DNA of 64,000 bases from Antedon mediterranea (taxonomy: Eukaryota > Animalia > Echinodermata). Under the pieces are notes generated by a model. The model did no database searches, was not told where the DNA came from, and saw only the letters and a program-made list of their open reading frames with translations. Location of the stretch: positions 2,356,001 through 2,420,000 of the forward strand of contig NC_092671.1 of NCBI RefSeq assembly GCF_964355755.1. Reading direction: 5' to 3'. How positions within the stretch are numbered: position 1 is the first letter of the stretch; each line of letters starts with the position of its first letter. The position numbers and the translations under genes were made by a program. Shown piece by piece: positions 1-11,555 of this stretch.

Positions 1-82
1 TATGTGATGATTTCATATCACTACTATATTTTGGCACATCACACATTTTTGGCAAACTAGTTTGATAGTGTAGACAGAGCTT
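1..82. mobile_element. Partial MITE, TIR AGCTCTGTCTACACTATCAAAC (PIF/Harbinger-like)
   Basis: Ends ...gtttgatagtgtagacagagct|tta. Same family as 45293-45446, 54592-54706 and 59131-59288. Confidence 0.6.
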
Positions 83-194
83 TAGAGTTGCATTAATTTA
101 TTATTTATTGTTCTGAATATGAATCTAAGATTAATTTTCCAATAGGTATTTTAGTAATATATATTTAAAATTATATCTATAAATTACTTTTTAG

Positions 195-2710
195 GGTTTG
201 CGCCTCCAATTTTGGGTTCATGCGCCGAGGTGAAAGCGGCTGGATTCACAAAGACTGACTCTTATCTTATTGATCCAGACGGTGATGGCAGCGACAATCC
301 ATATTGGGCGTATTGTGATCTTGAACTTGGCAAAGATGAAGGTTTGTGTCTTTGCTATAAGTAAATGTTATTGTTTTAAGTTTTATTGGAAGATGTTTAG
401 CGCCTATAAAATACATTTGGTTTCTACTTGCCGTTTATTAAATCTTCGGGGTTTTTTTAGGTGATCATTTAGAATAAAATGATCACCTATTGTTATTGTT
501 TATTTATTAATTTGTTGGTACTTTTGTTATATTTTAGTTACTACTGCTGTGTTCCACGACGTCCCGGAACGCACTTATGTCCATGGTTACAACGATCCAA
601 AATACAGCAAAGTGTTCAACTATCCAATCAGTGACACTCAGCTGCGCATGCTCACTACAGGTTCAAGCAAATGTCAGCAATATTTTGATGTAAATGTCTC
701 GCTCTGTATATTTCCAATATATTTAAGTATATTCCAAGTTCATTTTGTTCACACAAAGAAATATAAGTATGAAACACATAATGCAGTAAATAGCCGCTGT
801 GTCTGGAGAGCCCAAGATCCCAACAATAGTTCCATCAGGAAAAAAAATTGAGGATCAAGGAATAGACAAGGAAAAACAATCCTGTATAATATAATTATAT
901 TTTATCATAAGATTGACCGTGTTTATATAAATAAAGGATCAAGTAAAATTAGATTGTGCCATCCGCCTCCGCTGCTGTCGCTGGATACTATCTAACCGAC
1001 TATTGCAATTCAGTTAGATACAAGTCTTGGTAGCTTAAAATATTGTTACTTATTGTTATATATTTTACGTTTCAGATTGACTGCTACCATGTATCCTTTA
1101 GTTGGTCGCGTTGGGTATCAATTAATGGAGATGAACTTGTTAACTGGGGAGGGTCACCAGGAAGTGATTCTTACCAATGCCCCTGCTCACTTGATGGTAA
1201 GTTTACCTTGTTGATGCCTTCTCAGTCATAATTTACTGGTAAGCTTGAACACACTTTTAATAATAGGTATTTACGGTAATCTAATATTGTAAACATTAAT
1301 TATTGTTTAATATTCCATCTGTTATTCAGGAAGATTTTGGAATCTTCTTAGTGAATGTGAGTGTGTTTGAATGCCTTGGACAAACATTTTTTAGAACTTT
1401 GTAATAGGCTTATATAGGCTTTGTATAGGCGTCTCTTGTATCATATTTTCTATGGCCTTTCTTGTATTAAGGATCTTGTCAAAGTGCTAGCTACACCTGC
1501 AATTGTCAGATTAATGATAGCGCATGGCGGGAAGACCGAGGATATATTACAAGCAAGGAAGATTTACCGATGAAAGAAATACTAATAGCAGATACAGACG
1601 ATAGTCACGAAAAAGCTTATTTCACAGTAGGGCCTCTTGAATGTACAGGTAAACTATTTGTTTACGTCTGGGGCCATATACGCCCTTTCCCACTATACGC
1701 GAATCTAATCGCGAATCAACATTCCTGAGCTAACGCATTCCGGTTGCGCATTTTCCGGTAAAAACAGGTGGAAAATGAATTACCCATGCGCATGAAACAA
1801 CGATTTTGGCTCGCGCGAATAGATTCGCCTATAGAGTAAAAAATAAGCTTTCCGTCGTCGTAGGCGTTCCTCAGCTCTGACTAATTTCGTTTTTTCTCAT
1901 GCCAAAAGTAAAAATATATATATACGTGCGCATAAACGACCAAATGGAAAGCAGGCTGCATTGACTTCTACCATATTCATTTTATTTTTATATTAATTAT
2001 TTTTCTTTGAGGAAACGATCATGTTAGCAATATTAATTAGTACATAACTGGTTTATATTTATTACATAGGTCCTGTGGCCAAGACGATTACGTACGGAAC
2101 ATCTTGTTACAAAGTTATAACTGCACCAACTACGTGGCAAGAGGCAGCGAACGCGTGTAAACGAATCAACGCTCATCTAGCAACTATTGACGATGATGAT
2201 GAACGCGTTTATCTGACTAAGTTGACGCACGCTCTCGTTGGACCACTGTCAACGATGTGGTCTGCTGCAGAATGTACTCCAATTGACTCTGCAGACAGTG
2301 TTAGCTGTGATGCCAAATATGGTTATATTTGTGAAACTGAATGTAAGTTTTGAATGTTTATAATCCTTAATACGATAATGCTTCCGCTATATTAAATGTG
2401 TTTATATTAATCACTGAATTTATTAATGTTTTCAGTCGGACAGTACAGAAGCTTTAAACGCGTCAGTTCTGACCAATCACCTAACACTATTCTGTCGTCT
2501 AGAAAATCCGTGAGTTCTGGTGTTTGTAGCTTGTATTGTGAAGACACTGCCAACTGCAACTCATTCTCGTACAACGCAGACATACATGATTGCAAGATGA
2601 GCGGTGAGACCATCGACTCCAGTGCCGTTTCGGAGGACGGTTATGAACTGTTTATTTTACAAACGACTTACGGAAGATGTCAAATGCACAATGGATTAGA
2701 AAAGATTTAA
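195..2710 (+). CDS. Paralog A (3' part, exons 6-11): second Caspr-type fibrinogen-like domain + short C-type lectin + PAN/apple domain
   Basis: Exons 195-341, 538-689, 1076-1196, 1472-1648, 2070-2342, 2436-2710, all AG/GT bounded and phase-compatible. Motifs SCAEVK..YLIDPDGDG, WGG..CPCSL, CNCQIND..WRED.G, GPLEC match the Caspr/CNTNAP fibrinogen-like domain. Exons 1-5 lie upstream of the window. Confidence 0.9.
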
Positions 2711-5700
2711 TAGAAATCTAAAACAGTTTTAGTAAATCAATGAAGATAGCGAATGTAGCAAATTGTCACGCCTGTCATCTAAGAACACAGCATGTATCAA
2801 CTGAAATTGACTCAACATTGTAAATATAAGCCTGGATCGAATCGAATAGTTTATCTTCAGGTCCTAAACTGAAATAATACATATTTATAAAACAAAAACA
2901 GGTTGGATTTCTTTACAGATAAATTATGCATCATCAGAAGTCTTAATAACAAAGTAATTCTCAAGCTAAATGTACAATAAATATCATATTTTGGTCATTA
3001 TCAAAGCACTTTTTAATAGCCTGTCGAACGTCGGAATACAAGTTGTCGCACTGTATAAAAACTGAAATAATTCATCGCACTTTGATATTGAGCTGTCGCA
3101 CTTGTTAAGGTACCATATTTTATGTCTTTGTTTTACAGCTAGAGTACTCAAAGTCTTATTACGTAACATCAAGTCACGTGCACAGCGCACGTATAATGCA
3201 AGGCTATTTTAAAATCTTTAACATCACCGGCAATATGTTGTATCTCTATTTATAATTGTCATAACAACCGATAATAACAAAAGCCTTGTAATTAGCAATG
3301 TATATAGTAATTGATTTTATTGATTGTAACTATAATGTCTGTATGTCTATTTATAGTTGTCATTTTTATAAGATATTGATTTCTGCACAATCAACAAAAG
3401 CTCTATATTAAGAATCTATTCTAATTGATTTAATTTATTGTAATGTTATTATGTCTATTTATAATTGTCATTTTTATAAGATATTGATTTCTGACATTTA
3501 ATAAAGCTAATGTACTAAGAATGAGTAATTGATTTTAATAATTAATAATAAGATTAGCGAGAGTGACGGTTCCAGAGTGTCATTGTTGTGGTGAACTTCG
3601 ATAAGGCATAATCGGACAAGAAGAATATCGTCATGTCTTTACAGTTGTGTTTATTACTTTTAATTACATTCAAACAAGGTAAGTTTGCTTAATTTTACTT
3701 CAGAGTGGAATCTTAAGCCTATACATTACGTAATTGCTGCAACAAAGAAGGAACATACAGTTGTACGATTTAAACTTAAAACAACCACGCGGCGCACATT
3801 TCACAGATAGTATGCCAATATTTATTTTTTATTTGTTTATTTTCCGAACTCATTTACAGTAGGGAACACAGACAAACATCACGCATAAAATACATATACA
3901 TTCTACTACAGACAGCTACTTATAATGTTACGAAATGTGCGAAGATTATTGCTAAAAATACGCATGACGTTAAATAATATAAAACAATAAAATAAAATCA
4001 TAAATTTTAATGTATCTTTAAGCAAACTTTTAAAAACAACCTTTTACAATACTTTAAACAACTTAAAGATGTATTTCCCCCAAAAACATAAAAAAACGAA
4101 TATTAATTAAATCAGACTTTGAGGTTATTTTGTAATTTTAATCAAGTTAATCACGTACGAAAAAAACGAAAGTAATTTTTTCACTTATAAAATTACAAAA
4201 TAAATGGTTAAATTCAACCAATTTGACTATTTTTTACTTTAAATTAAAGTTTTTTCAAGAAAATAACCATTTTTTTACCTAATTTTTATTGAAAGTGGAT
4301 AACTATAATGACATTAAAATGGCGTATTCAACAAAAAAATTGTCAATAATTATACATCTTTAAGTGAATTCATTTTTCTCTTGTAATTGAGATTAGTGGG
4401 GAAGACGCTCAATTAGCCACTATGCATTTCTCTCTGAAAGGTGATTAGTTTTCAAACTTTCATATAAAAAACTAAACATCAAATCCACTTTATATTTCTC
4501 AATGTCTTTAGTCAATGGCCAGGTTTCATGTGCTCAGCTTAAAAAAGATGGTGATTTAACGAATGGTATGAAAACAATCAACCCAGAGGAAACTGACCAA
4601 TCAGGAGATGAGATAACTGTTGAATGTGACATGACGTCAGATCCAACTGATGGCAAGTTTATGGTGTTTTCAATTATTTATCTAAGCATTTTTAAATTTA
4701 TAGTTTTAAAATAGTAAAAAACCAATGCTAGAGTTGAGAGCACTTAAAACAGAGCATTACCCGTTACGCAACAAAGTAAGCCTACATGACTAAGGATCTG
4801 AAAATGATCTATTTATACGTGCTTCATATTACGTAATACATTCGTACTCCATGAATATGCATATTCATCATGACCGTCATCTTGACGGAACGAAGCGTGT
4901 ATTAACCTGTTTACAAACAAAATGACCAGTTAGCTCAGTCGAACGAGCGTCGTGTTAACAACACGAATGTCGTGGGTTAGAGTCCCATGCGGGTCTGGTG
5001 GAATAGAGTTAAAGCTATGCGGGCTACTGTGTGCATGCATCTGGTGATATGGTGGAAACGACCTCAAAAAGGCTGTGACACTGGCTTTAGTGCTGAGGCA
5101 GGGAGAGCACACCATAACATCTTTTTTTCTGCTTACGCCACCTCCTTACGTCACCTCCTTCGATCTATCTATGTTTGGGCACGTCACACTTTTTTGTCAA
5201 ACTATTTTGTTAGTGCAGACAGAGCTTTAGGTCGTATCACTTTGTATTGATAAACTAGTATAATATAATTGTGAAGACTTGCTATTAAAAAGATGGAGAG
5301 AAAACGGGAAAATAGAAGGAAGATATGTTTGGGCGTGAGGAGCAATCAACTAATTAGCGCTTCCCGTTTCATGAATCTTTCCATGTCTATTCTATTGTTT
5401 CCGTATATGGTATAAAAGGTATTTTCATTTGCAATGTCAAGAAAGGCCTAATTGCAGTAGGCCTGTATAATAAAGTGATCTTGATTTGTTCTTGCAGGCA
5501 TCACAGTCATTAAACATGATATGAATACACGGTTATTAATTACTGGGAGTTCATACGTAAACGCTGGCTCGTATGGACGGACAATAACCTACACTGGGTA
5601 CACAATGGAACAGATCTCACAACTAGTGCAAAAATCAGCATCGTGTGAACAGTATATTAAGGTAACACACTATCATTGGCAAGGCTTTAAATGCACATCT

Positions 5701-6149
5701 TTTCCAGATTTAGAGGTGACAGGATCCGAAAGCCTCTTCAAACATCCAACACGTACAGTAGGCCTATTTACTTACATGCCTATGTAAAATACGGGATAGA
5801 AGCTTTGCTTCAGGAAATATATTCCTTCGAGAAAAATATCATTCCCTCAGGATGTCAATATCTGTATGTTATGTATTATTTCTTTTCATAGCTTGAATGC
5901 CACGCTTCAGCAATTAAATTTCTAACAGTGTATAATTATCGGTGGGTGTCAAGAGAGGGAGCCGCTATGTACATGTGGGGAGGGGGTAAAACGTACAACA
6001 GGACGTGCGCATGCGGATTAGATGGTGAGTAATCCTACATAGTAATGTGAATTATATTATGATAAAGATGGTGAGTATCCCCACATAATAATGTGAACTG
6101 TTTTTTCTTAAAAAATAAGTTTACTGTAACTAAAAAGCCAACAATATTG

Positions 6150-6420
6150 GCATGGGTTCGAGGCCGACTCGCTCCTAGTTCTGGTGGTGGAACAAGTCTT
6201 CTCAGACTAAAAACCGTAGGTCCAGTGTTACACAGTCCGTGTGCACTATATAAAGAACCCAGCTCATTATTCGAGACGAGTAGGGGGTTACCCAGGTTAT
6301 CTGATTCACAAAATAGCCCCTGTATCAGGATTATTACGACCTATCTGATAGGAAAGTGATTAATTTACTATTGGTAGCCTAATCCTTGGCCACATTGCCT
6401 AAAAGATATAAAATGAAAGT
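6150..6420 (+). mobile_element. 5'-truncated tRNA-derived SINE (same core as 18208-18574 and 40931-41230)
   Basis: B-box-like gggttcgagg followed by shared core taaaaaccgtaggtccagtgt...taaagaaccc...ttcgagacgagtagggggttaccc. Confidence 0.6.
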
Positions 6421-8644
6421 AAAATATTACAATTTATTTTCAGCCTTATATGATGAAATTTGTACGTAAAATGTAGGCTTCTGAAATTGACCGGAGATGT
6501 CCGTAAACCGACTGAAACTAACAGTTATATTTTATTTCAAAAAGTCTCAGTTTTGACTGCCTGGTTTTCTCGCAAGTTAGCAAACTAAGGAACACCCCAA
6601 TCCCCACCTTCATTGAATCCCTCCACCGCCCCTGTCTTCACTCTTTATTCTTTTTTTCTACTATATCTTTGCTCTTTATTTATTTCAGGAACTTGTGATG
6701 ACCCAGGCTTAGTTTGTAACTGTGATATAAATGATAAGCAACTAAGGAATGATTACGGACTTTTAACCGATAGAGCTCGTTTACCCGTTACCAAAGTTTA
6801 CGCTGGTGACGTAAATAGTCAACGCGAATATACTTTCCTTACACTTGGTTCATTAAAATGTCGAGGTAGGTAACCAATGTCGAAGTATTCTGTGATGTGA
6901 TGGAATAGAAACGTCAGAGAATTGCGTATAATATGGCGTTGCATGAAATAGACCTGCTACGTCACAACTTAATTGTATCCTACCAAAAAGTTGTTACCAG
7001 TTTAGAATCTAACTTACTAATCTAACAAATCTTACTAATCTAACTTATTACGATGGTGATTGATAAGATATTATGAGGTGTATTAATATAACGTTTATCT
7101 ATTTCAATTTAGGATTTGCACCACCCGTTTTACGTTCATGCGCTGAGGTGAAAGCGGCTGGATTCACAAAGACTGACTCTTATCTTATTGATCCAGACGG
7201 TGATGGCAGTGACATTGCTTATTGGGCGTATTGTGATCTTGAACTTGGCAAAGACGAAGGTTTGTGTTTTTCGGTTATGGCTATCTGTTTGTTGTTTACT
7301 ACACATAAATAGGCCTACAATTACAGTAATTCATAAAATATTTGTATTTTAATTTTAATTGAAGTTTTTTTATGTAGTTTTCTGGAACTTCTGAAAAAAT
7401 TGACTCATTCAATGGTCACTATCTACTCCGACTTCCACAAACTTTGTATAAAACTTACGTAAGTATTTTTCTTTATTGCAGTTACTACTGCTGTGTTCCA
7501 TGATGTCTATGAACGCACTTATGTCCATGGTTACAACAATCCAAAATACAGCAAAGTGTTCAACTATCCAATCAGTGACACTCAATTGCGCATGGTCACT
7601 ACAGATTCAAGCAGATGTCGGCAGTATTTTTTTACTTGATATGTTGATATAAGTTTGCGGTACACCACGTACGCAAACTTATAACATTTGATTTCGCCAT
7701 GCATTCCTTGATATGCTTTTTGAAATAGAATGGTACATTCTTGTTCTGTGACTGCTCGTGTATACCAGAATATTTAATGAATTGATTAGATTATTTTCCT
7801 CAATGAATCTTATAGATGGACTTCATTCTACCCAAGACAGGTTTGTATAATGAGATGGGCTTATATTCGAGACGGGTATTTACTTGTACAAACTCAATTG
7901 TTGATTGAGGGCGTCACCAATGCCACCAATTGACAGTATTTCATGGTTTTATAAGGCAATAAAGTAAAATTAATGAATTGTTTTACTGTTTTTAAATTCC
8001 AGATTGACTGCTACCATGTACTGTTTTCTGGGTCACGTTGGGTATCAATCAATGGAAATGAACTTGTTAACTGGGGAGGAACAGGAAGTGATTCCTACCA
8101 ATGTCCTTGCTCACTTGATGGTAAGTTTTAATTTTTGACACCTTCTCAATCTTTAACAAAATTTCAATAAGTATAAGAATTTATGGCAATCTGACTAATT
8201 ATGCTAATTATCTTAACAATTATTATAATTTGTAACAATATGTCATCCTATTCTGGAAAATGTGAGAGTTTTCTAAGTGAATGTGTAGGCTGTTCAAGAT
8301 TTAGTAGATACGGGCAGAAAGATCGCAGTTTGAATGCTTTTGGTCACACAGTTTTTTAGAACTGTGTATTATAGTATAATATACTATACAATACATTAAT
8401 CGCGCGTCTCTTGTATCATATTTTCTATGGCCTTTCTTGTATTAAGGATCTTGTCAAAGTGCTAGCTACACCTGCAATTGTGAGATTAATGATAGCTCAT
8501 GGCGGGAAGACCGGGGATATATTACAAGCAAGGAAGATTTACCAATGAAAGAGATACTAATAGCAGATACAGACCATAGTTACGAAGAACTATATTTCTC
8601 AGTAGGACCTCTTGAATGTACAGGTAAACATTATTTATATTGTA

Positions 8645-8881
8645 TATATTATTTATAGTTTTACCTTAGTTAAGCATAGTTAAGCTTAGTTACATTTTTT
8701 TTTCTTCACATTATTGATTGTCTCCATCCCCGAAACCTCGGCTAAGAAATACTGGAATGGTGTCCGGCGGGGGATAGTTTATTACCATTAGTTAAGGTCC
8801 TATGTAAAGCACCTAGAGGGGTCAGTGATCCATTAGGCGCTATATAAATACTGTTTATTATTATTTATTATTATTATTGTA
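8645..8881 (+). mobile_element. L2-type LINE/SINE 3'-end fragment
   Basis: Absent from the homologous intron of paralog D (40607-40640 is contiguous there). Ends tatgtaaagcacc...ggcgctatataaatactgtt(tat)n, an L2-like tail. Confidence 0.55.
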
Positions 8882-8989
8882 GGCACCGTAGGAAATTTAA
8901 TAAAATAAAATAATGCATATATTTTTCGCTTAAGCTCTGATTGGTCGGGCATTTTTCGCGCGTCACAAAAGTAGTTGGAAAATGAATTA

Positions 8990-9354
8990 CTGTGGGTGCT
9001 GTATATACTGGAGAGTGATGGTGTAATGGTAATATTGGACTAGCATGTGATAGGCATGGGTTCGAGGTTATCTGTACCATACTAATTGCATCCTTAGGCA
9101 AGATGCTTTACTCTCATTGCCTCATCCTTCGGATGGGATGTAAAGCCGTTAGTCCCGTGTACTTAACAGTGCACGTTAAAGAACTTGGTACACTATTCGA
9201 AAAGAGTAGGGGATCGTCTCCCGGTGTGCTGATCTGGTAGGCGAGGCACTGCTGGCTGCCGTGGGTGGTCCGTGGAGGGCCTAATCCGAATTTTCTCAGT
9301 TTCCAGTTAAGCTTGAGGACAAATATAAATACCTTTACCTTTACCTTTACCTTC
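8990..9354 (+). mobile_element. tRNA-derived SINE with Deu/Nin-like central domain and (TACCTT)n tail
   Basis: A-box-like tggtgtaatgg, B-box-like ggttcgagg, core ccttcggatgggatgtaaagccgttagtccc...gcacgttaaagaac...gaaaagagtagggg. Absent at the homologous position in paralog A intron 9 (~1780). Confidence 0.65.
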
Positions 9355-10384
9355 ATAAAACAACGATTTTGATTCGCGCGACTACAGTATATTCGCTATT
9401 CGCCTAGTGGAAAATAATACGTCGTTTTCATGAATATAATTCTATGATAAATTATAGGTATTCCTCTGACTAATTGCGCGTTTTTCTCATGTCAAAGAAA
9501 AAATATAGATGTGCGCATATACGCGCGCATAAACCAACCGTAATTGGAAGCTTAGAATATTAGATTTCTTTGAGAAGAAAGGATGTTCCGTAGAACAGCA
9601 CACGGTTTATATTATGTTTGCCTATTTATTACATAGGTCCTGTGGCCAAGACGATCACATACGGAACATCTTGCTACAAAGTGATAACTGCACCAACTAC
9701 GTGGCAACAGGCAGCGAACGCGTGTAAACGAATCAACGCTCATCTAGCAACTATTGATGATGATGATGAACGCGTTTATCTGTCTAAGTTGACGCACGCT
9801 CTCGTTGGACCACTGTCAACGCTGTGGTCTGGTGCAGAATGTACCTCAATCGACTCTGCAGACAGTGTTAGCTGTGATGCCAAATATGGTTATATTTGTG
9901 AAGCTGAATGTAAGTTTTGAATAGTTATACTCATTAACACGATAATGCTCCCGATAGAGCAAATGTGTTTAGGTCTAGGCCTATATAAATCATTGAATTT
10001 ACTGTTGTTTTCAGTCGGACAGTACAGAAGCTTCAAACGCGTCAGTTCTGACCAATCACCTAACACCATTTTGTCGTCTAGGAAAGCCGTGAGTTCTGGT
10101 GTTTGTAGCTTGTATTGTGAAGACACTGCCAACTGCAACTCATTCTCGTACAACGCAGACACGCATGATTGCAAGATGAGCAGTGAGACCACTGACTCCA
10201 GTGCCGTTTCGGAGGACGGTTATGAACTGTTTATTTTACAAACGACGTACGAAAGTTGTCAAATGCATCTGGATTAGATAAACTCTTAAGCGTGGTTCCC
10301 ACTAGAACGTAACGCAAGGACGCAAGCGTTTTAACCCTATGACAAGCGAAGTTATATCACAAGCGAATAAGCCATCGCTTGTGT

Positions 10385-10918
10385 TGACATATGGTATTAT
10401 TGTATGGGGTGCGGGAAACAAAGAAAATTTGGATCGCCTTCTTTTGCTTCAGAAAAGAGCTCTTAGGATTATTTGTAAGGTAGACTTTCATCATCCCTCT
10501 TCTCAGCTCTTTGTGAAAACGGGCACATTTAATATATTTGATTTGTATAAAAACAGTGTTTTAAATTTTATGTTTAAATACCAAAAAGGACAACTTCCAA
10601 AATGTTTTAATTCTTTATTCAGTTTATTTGATAATTATCATACATATAACACTCGAAATAAAGACAATTATTGTATAAAATTAAAATCAACTAATATGGG
10701 TCAGCAAAGTATAGCATATAGAGGACCTAAGCTATGGAATCAACTTATAAGAAATATAAGAGAGAGTGAAAATATATCAATATTTAAAAAACTATTACTA
10801 AATAAATGCATTAATAGTTATAAAGAAACAATATATCTTTGCGAAAACAACATTTGTAAAATATGTCTAACATTAACTTAATTAATTACATTTTCGTATA
10901 TATTCTGAGACTGTGAAG

Positions 10919-10949
<31 letters not shown>

Positions 10950-11175
10950 CATACTGTAAATTATAGAAACAGTGCTCATATTCGGAACATGATCTCATAA
11001 TCGCGTCGAGCATAGCTATATATATATATATATATATATAAATCATACTGTAAATTATAGAAACAGTGCTCATATTCGGAACATGATCTCATAATCACGT
11101 CGAGCATAGCTCATTGGCGAAAGTTCCGTATTTTTTAGTTGTATGAAAAAATGTCTCTGGCTGGATTTATTTGAT

Positions 11176-11256
<81 letters not shown>

Positions 11257-11305
11257 CAATGATGTTGCGTAGCACTGTGTAAATTAGTGCTACGCAACAT
11301 CATTG

Positions 11306-11386
<81 letters not shown>

Positions 11387-11555
11387 TTATATTATAGTAC
11401 GTTGTATTTTCGTTCATTTATTTAGGGTGCCACAGATTAAAAGCTTTGCTTGCTTGTGGTTACCCTGTTTTTCACACTTTATTGTACTTAATTTTTTATT
11501 TATATTTTTATGAATGTTGTGTGAAAAATAAAAGAATCAATCAATCAATCAATCA
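10385..11555 (+). mobile_element. 5'-truncated L2/CR1-group LINE (RT C-terminus + 3' UTR with (AATC)n tail)
   Basis: ORF 10339-10881 contains YGIIVWG, LQKRALRII, HTYNTRN, YRGPKLWN.L and FKK.L, typical of the post-RT region. The tail aataaaagaatcaatcaatc abuts the second half of the MITE. Confidence 0.8.
10918..11382. repeat. (TA)n microsatellite blocks with embedded ~70-bp direct repeats and a 24-bp-arm hairpin
   Basis: Five (TA)n runs. Unit aatcatactgtaaattatagaaacag...gagcatagct occurs at ~10946 and ~11040. Inverted repeat 11253-11276/11286-11309. Confidence 0.9.

Larger units (their letters stand above)
3633..10277 (+). pseudogene. Paralog B of the secreted 2x Caspr-type FBG-like/CTLD/PAN family; exon-7 splice donor destroyed (probable pseudogene or truncated product)
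   Basis: Exons 3633-3678 (signal MSLQLCLLLLITFKQ), 4512-4652, 5498-5661, 5892-6024, 6689-6865, 7113-7259, 7482-~7630, 8003-8120, 8447-8623, 9637-9909, 10015-10277. Exon 7 runs into an in-frame TGA (7637-7639). The homologous donor reads ttgat|ataagt (7649-7654) instead of ttgat|gtaagt. Confidence 0.75.

Noticed and set aside
2407-2613. Recurrent minus-strand ORF (also 9890-10192 and 27088-27378)
   Set aside because: Antisense shadow of the duplicated PAN exon; recurrence reflects paralogy.
6025-6095. Duplicated exon-4 donor (gatg|gtgagt twice) as an alternative splice site in B
   Set aside because: Using the second donor reads GGT GAG TAA, an immediate in-frame stop.
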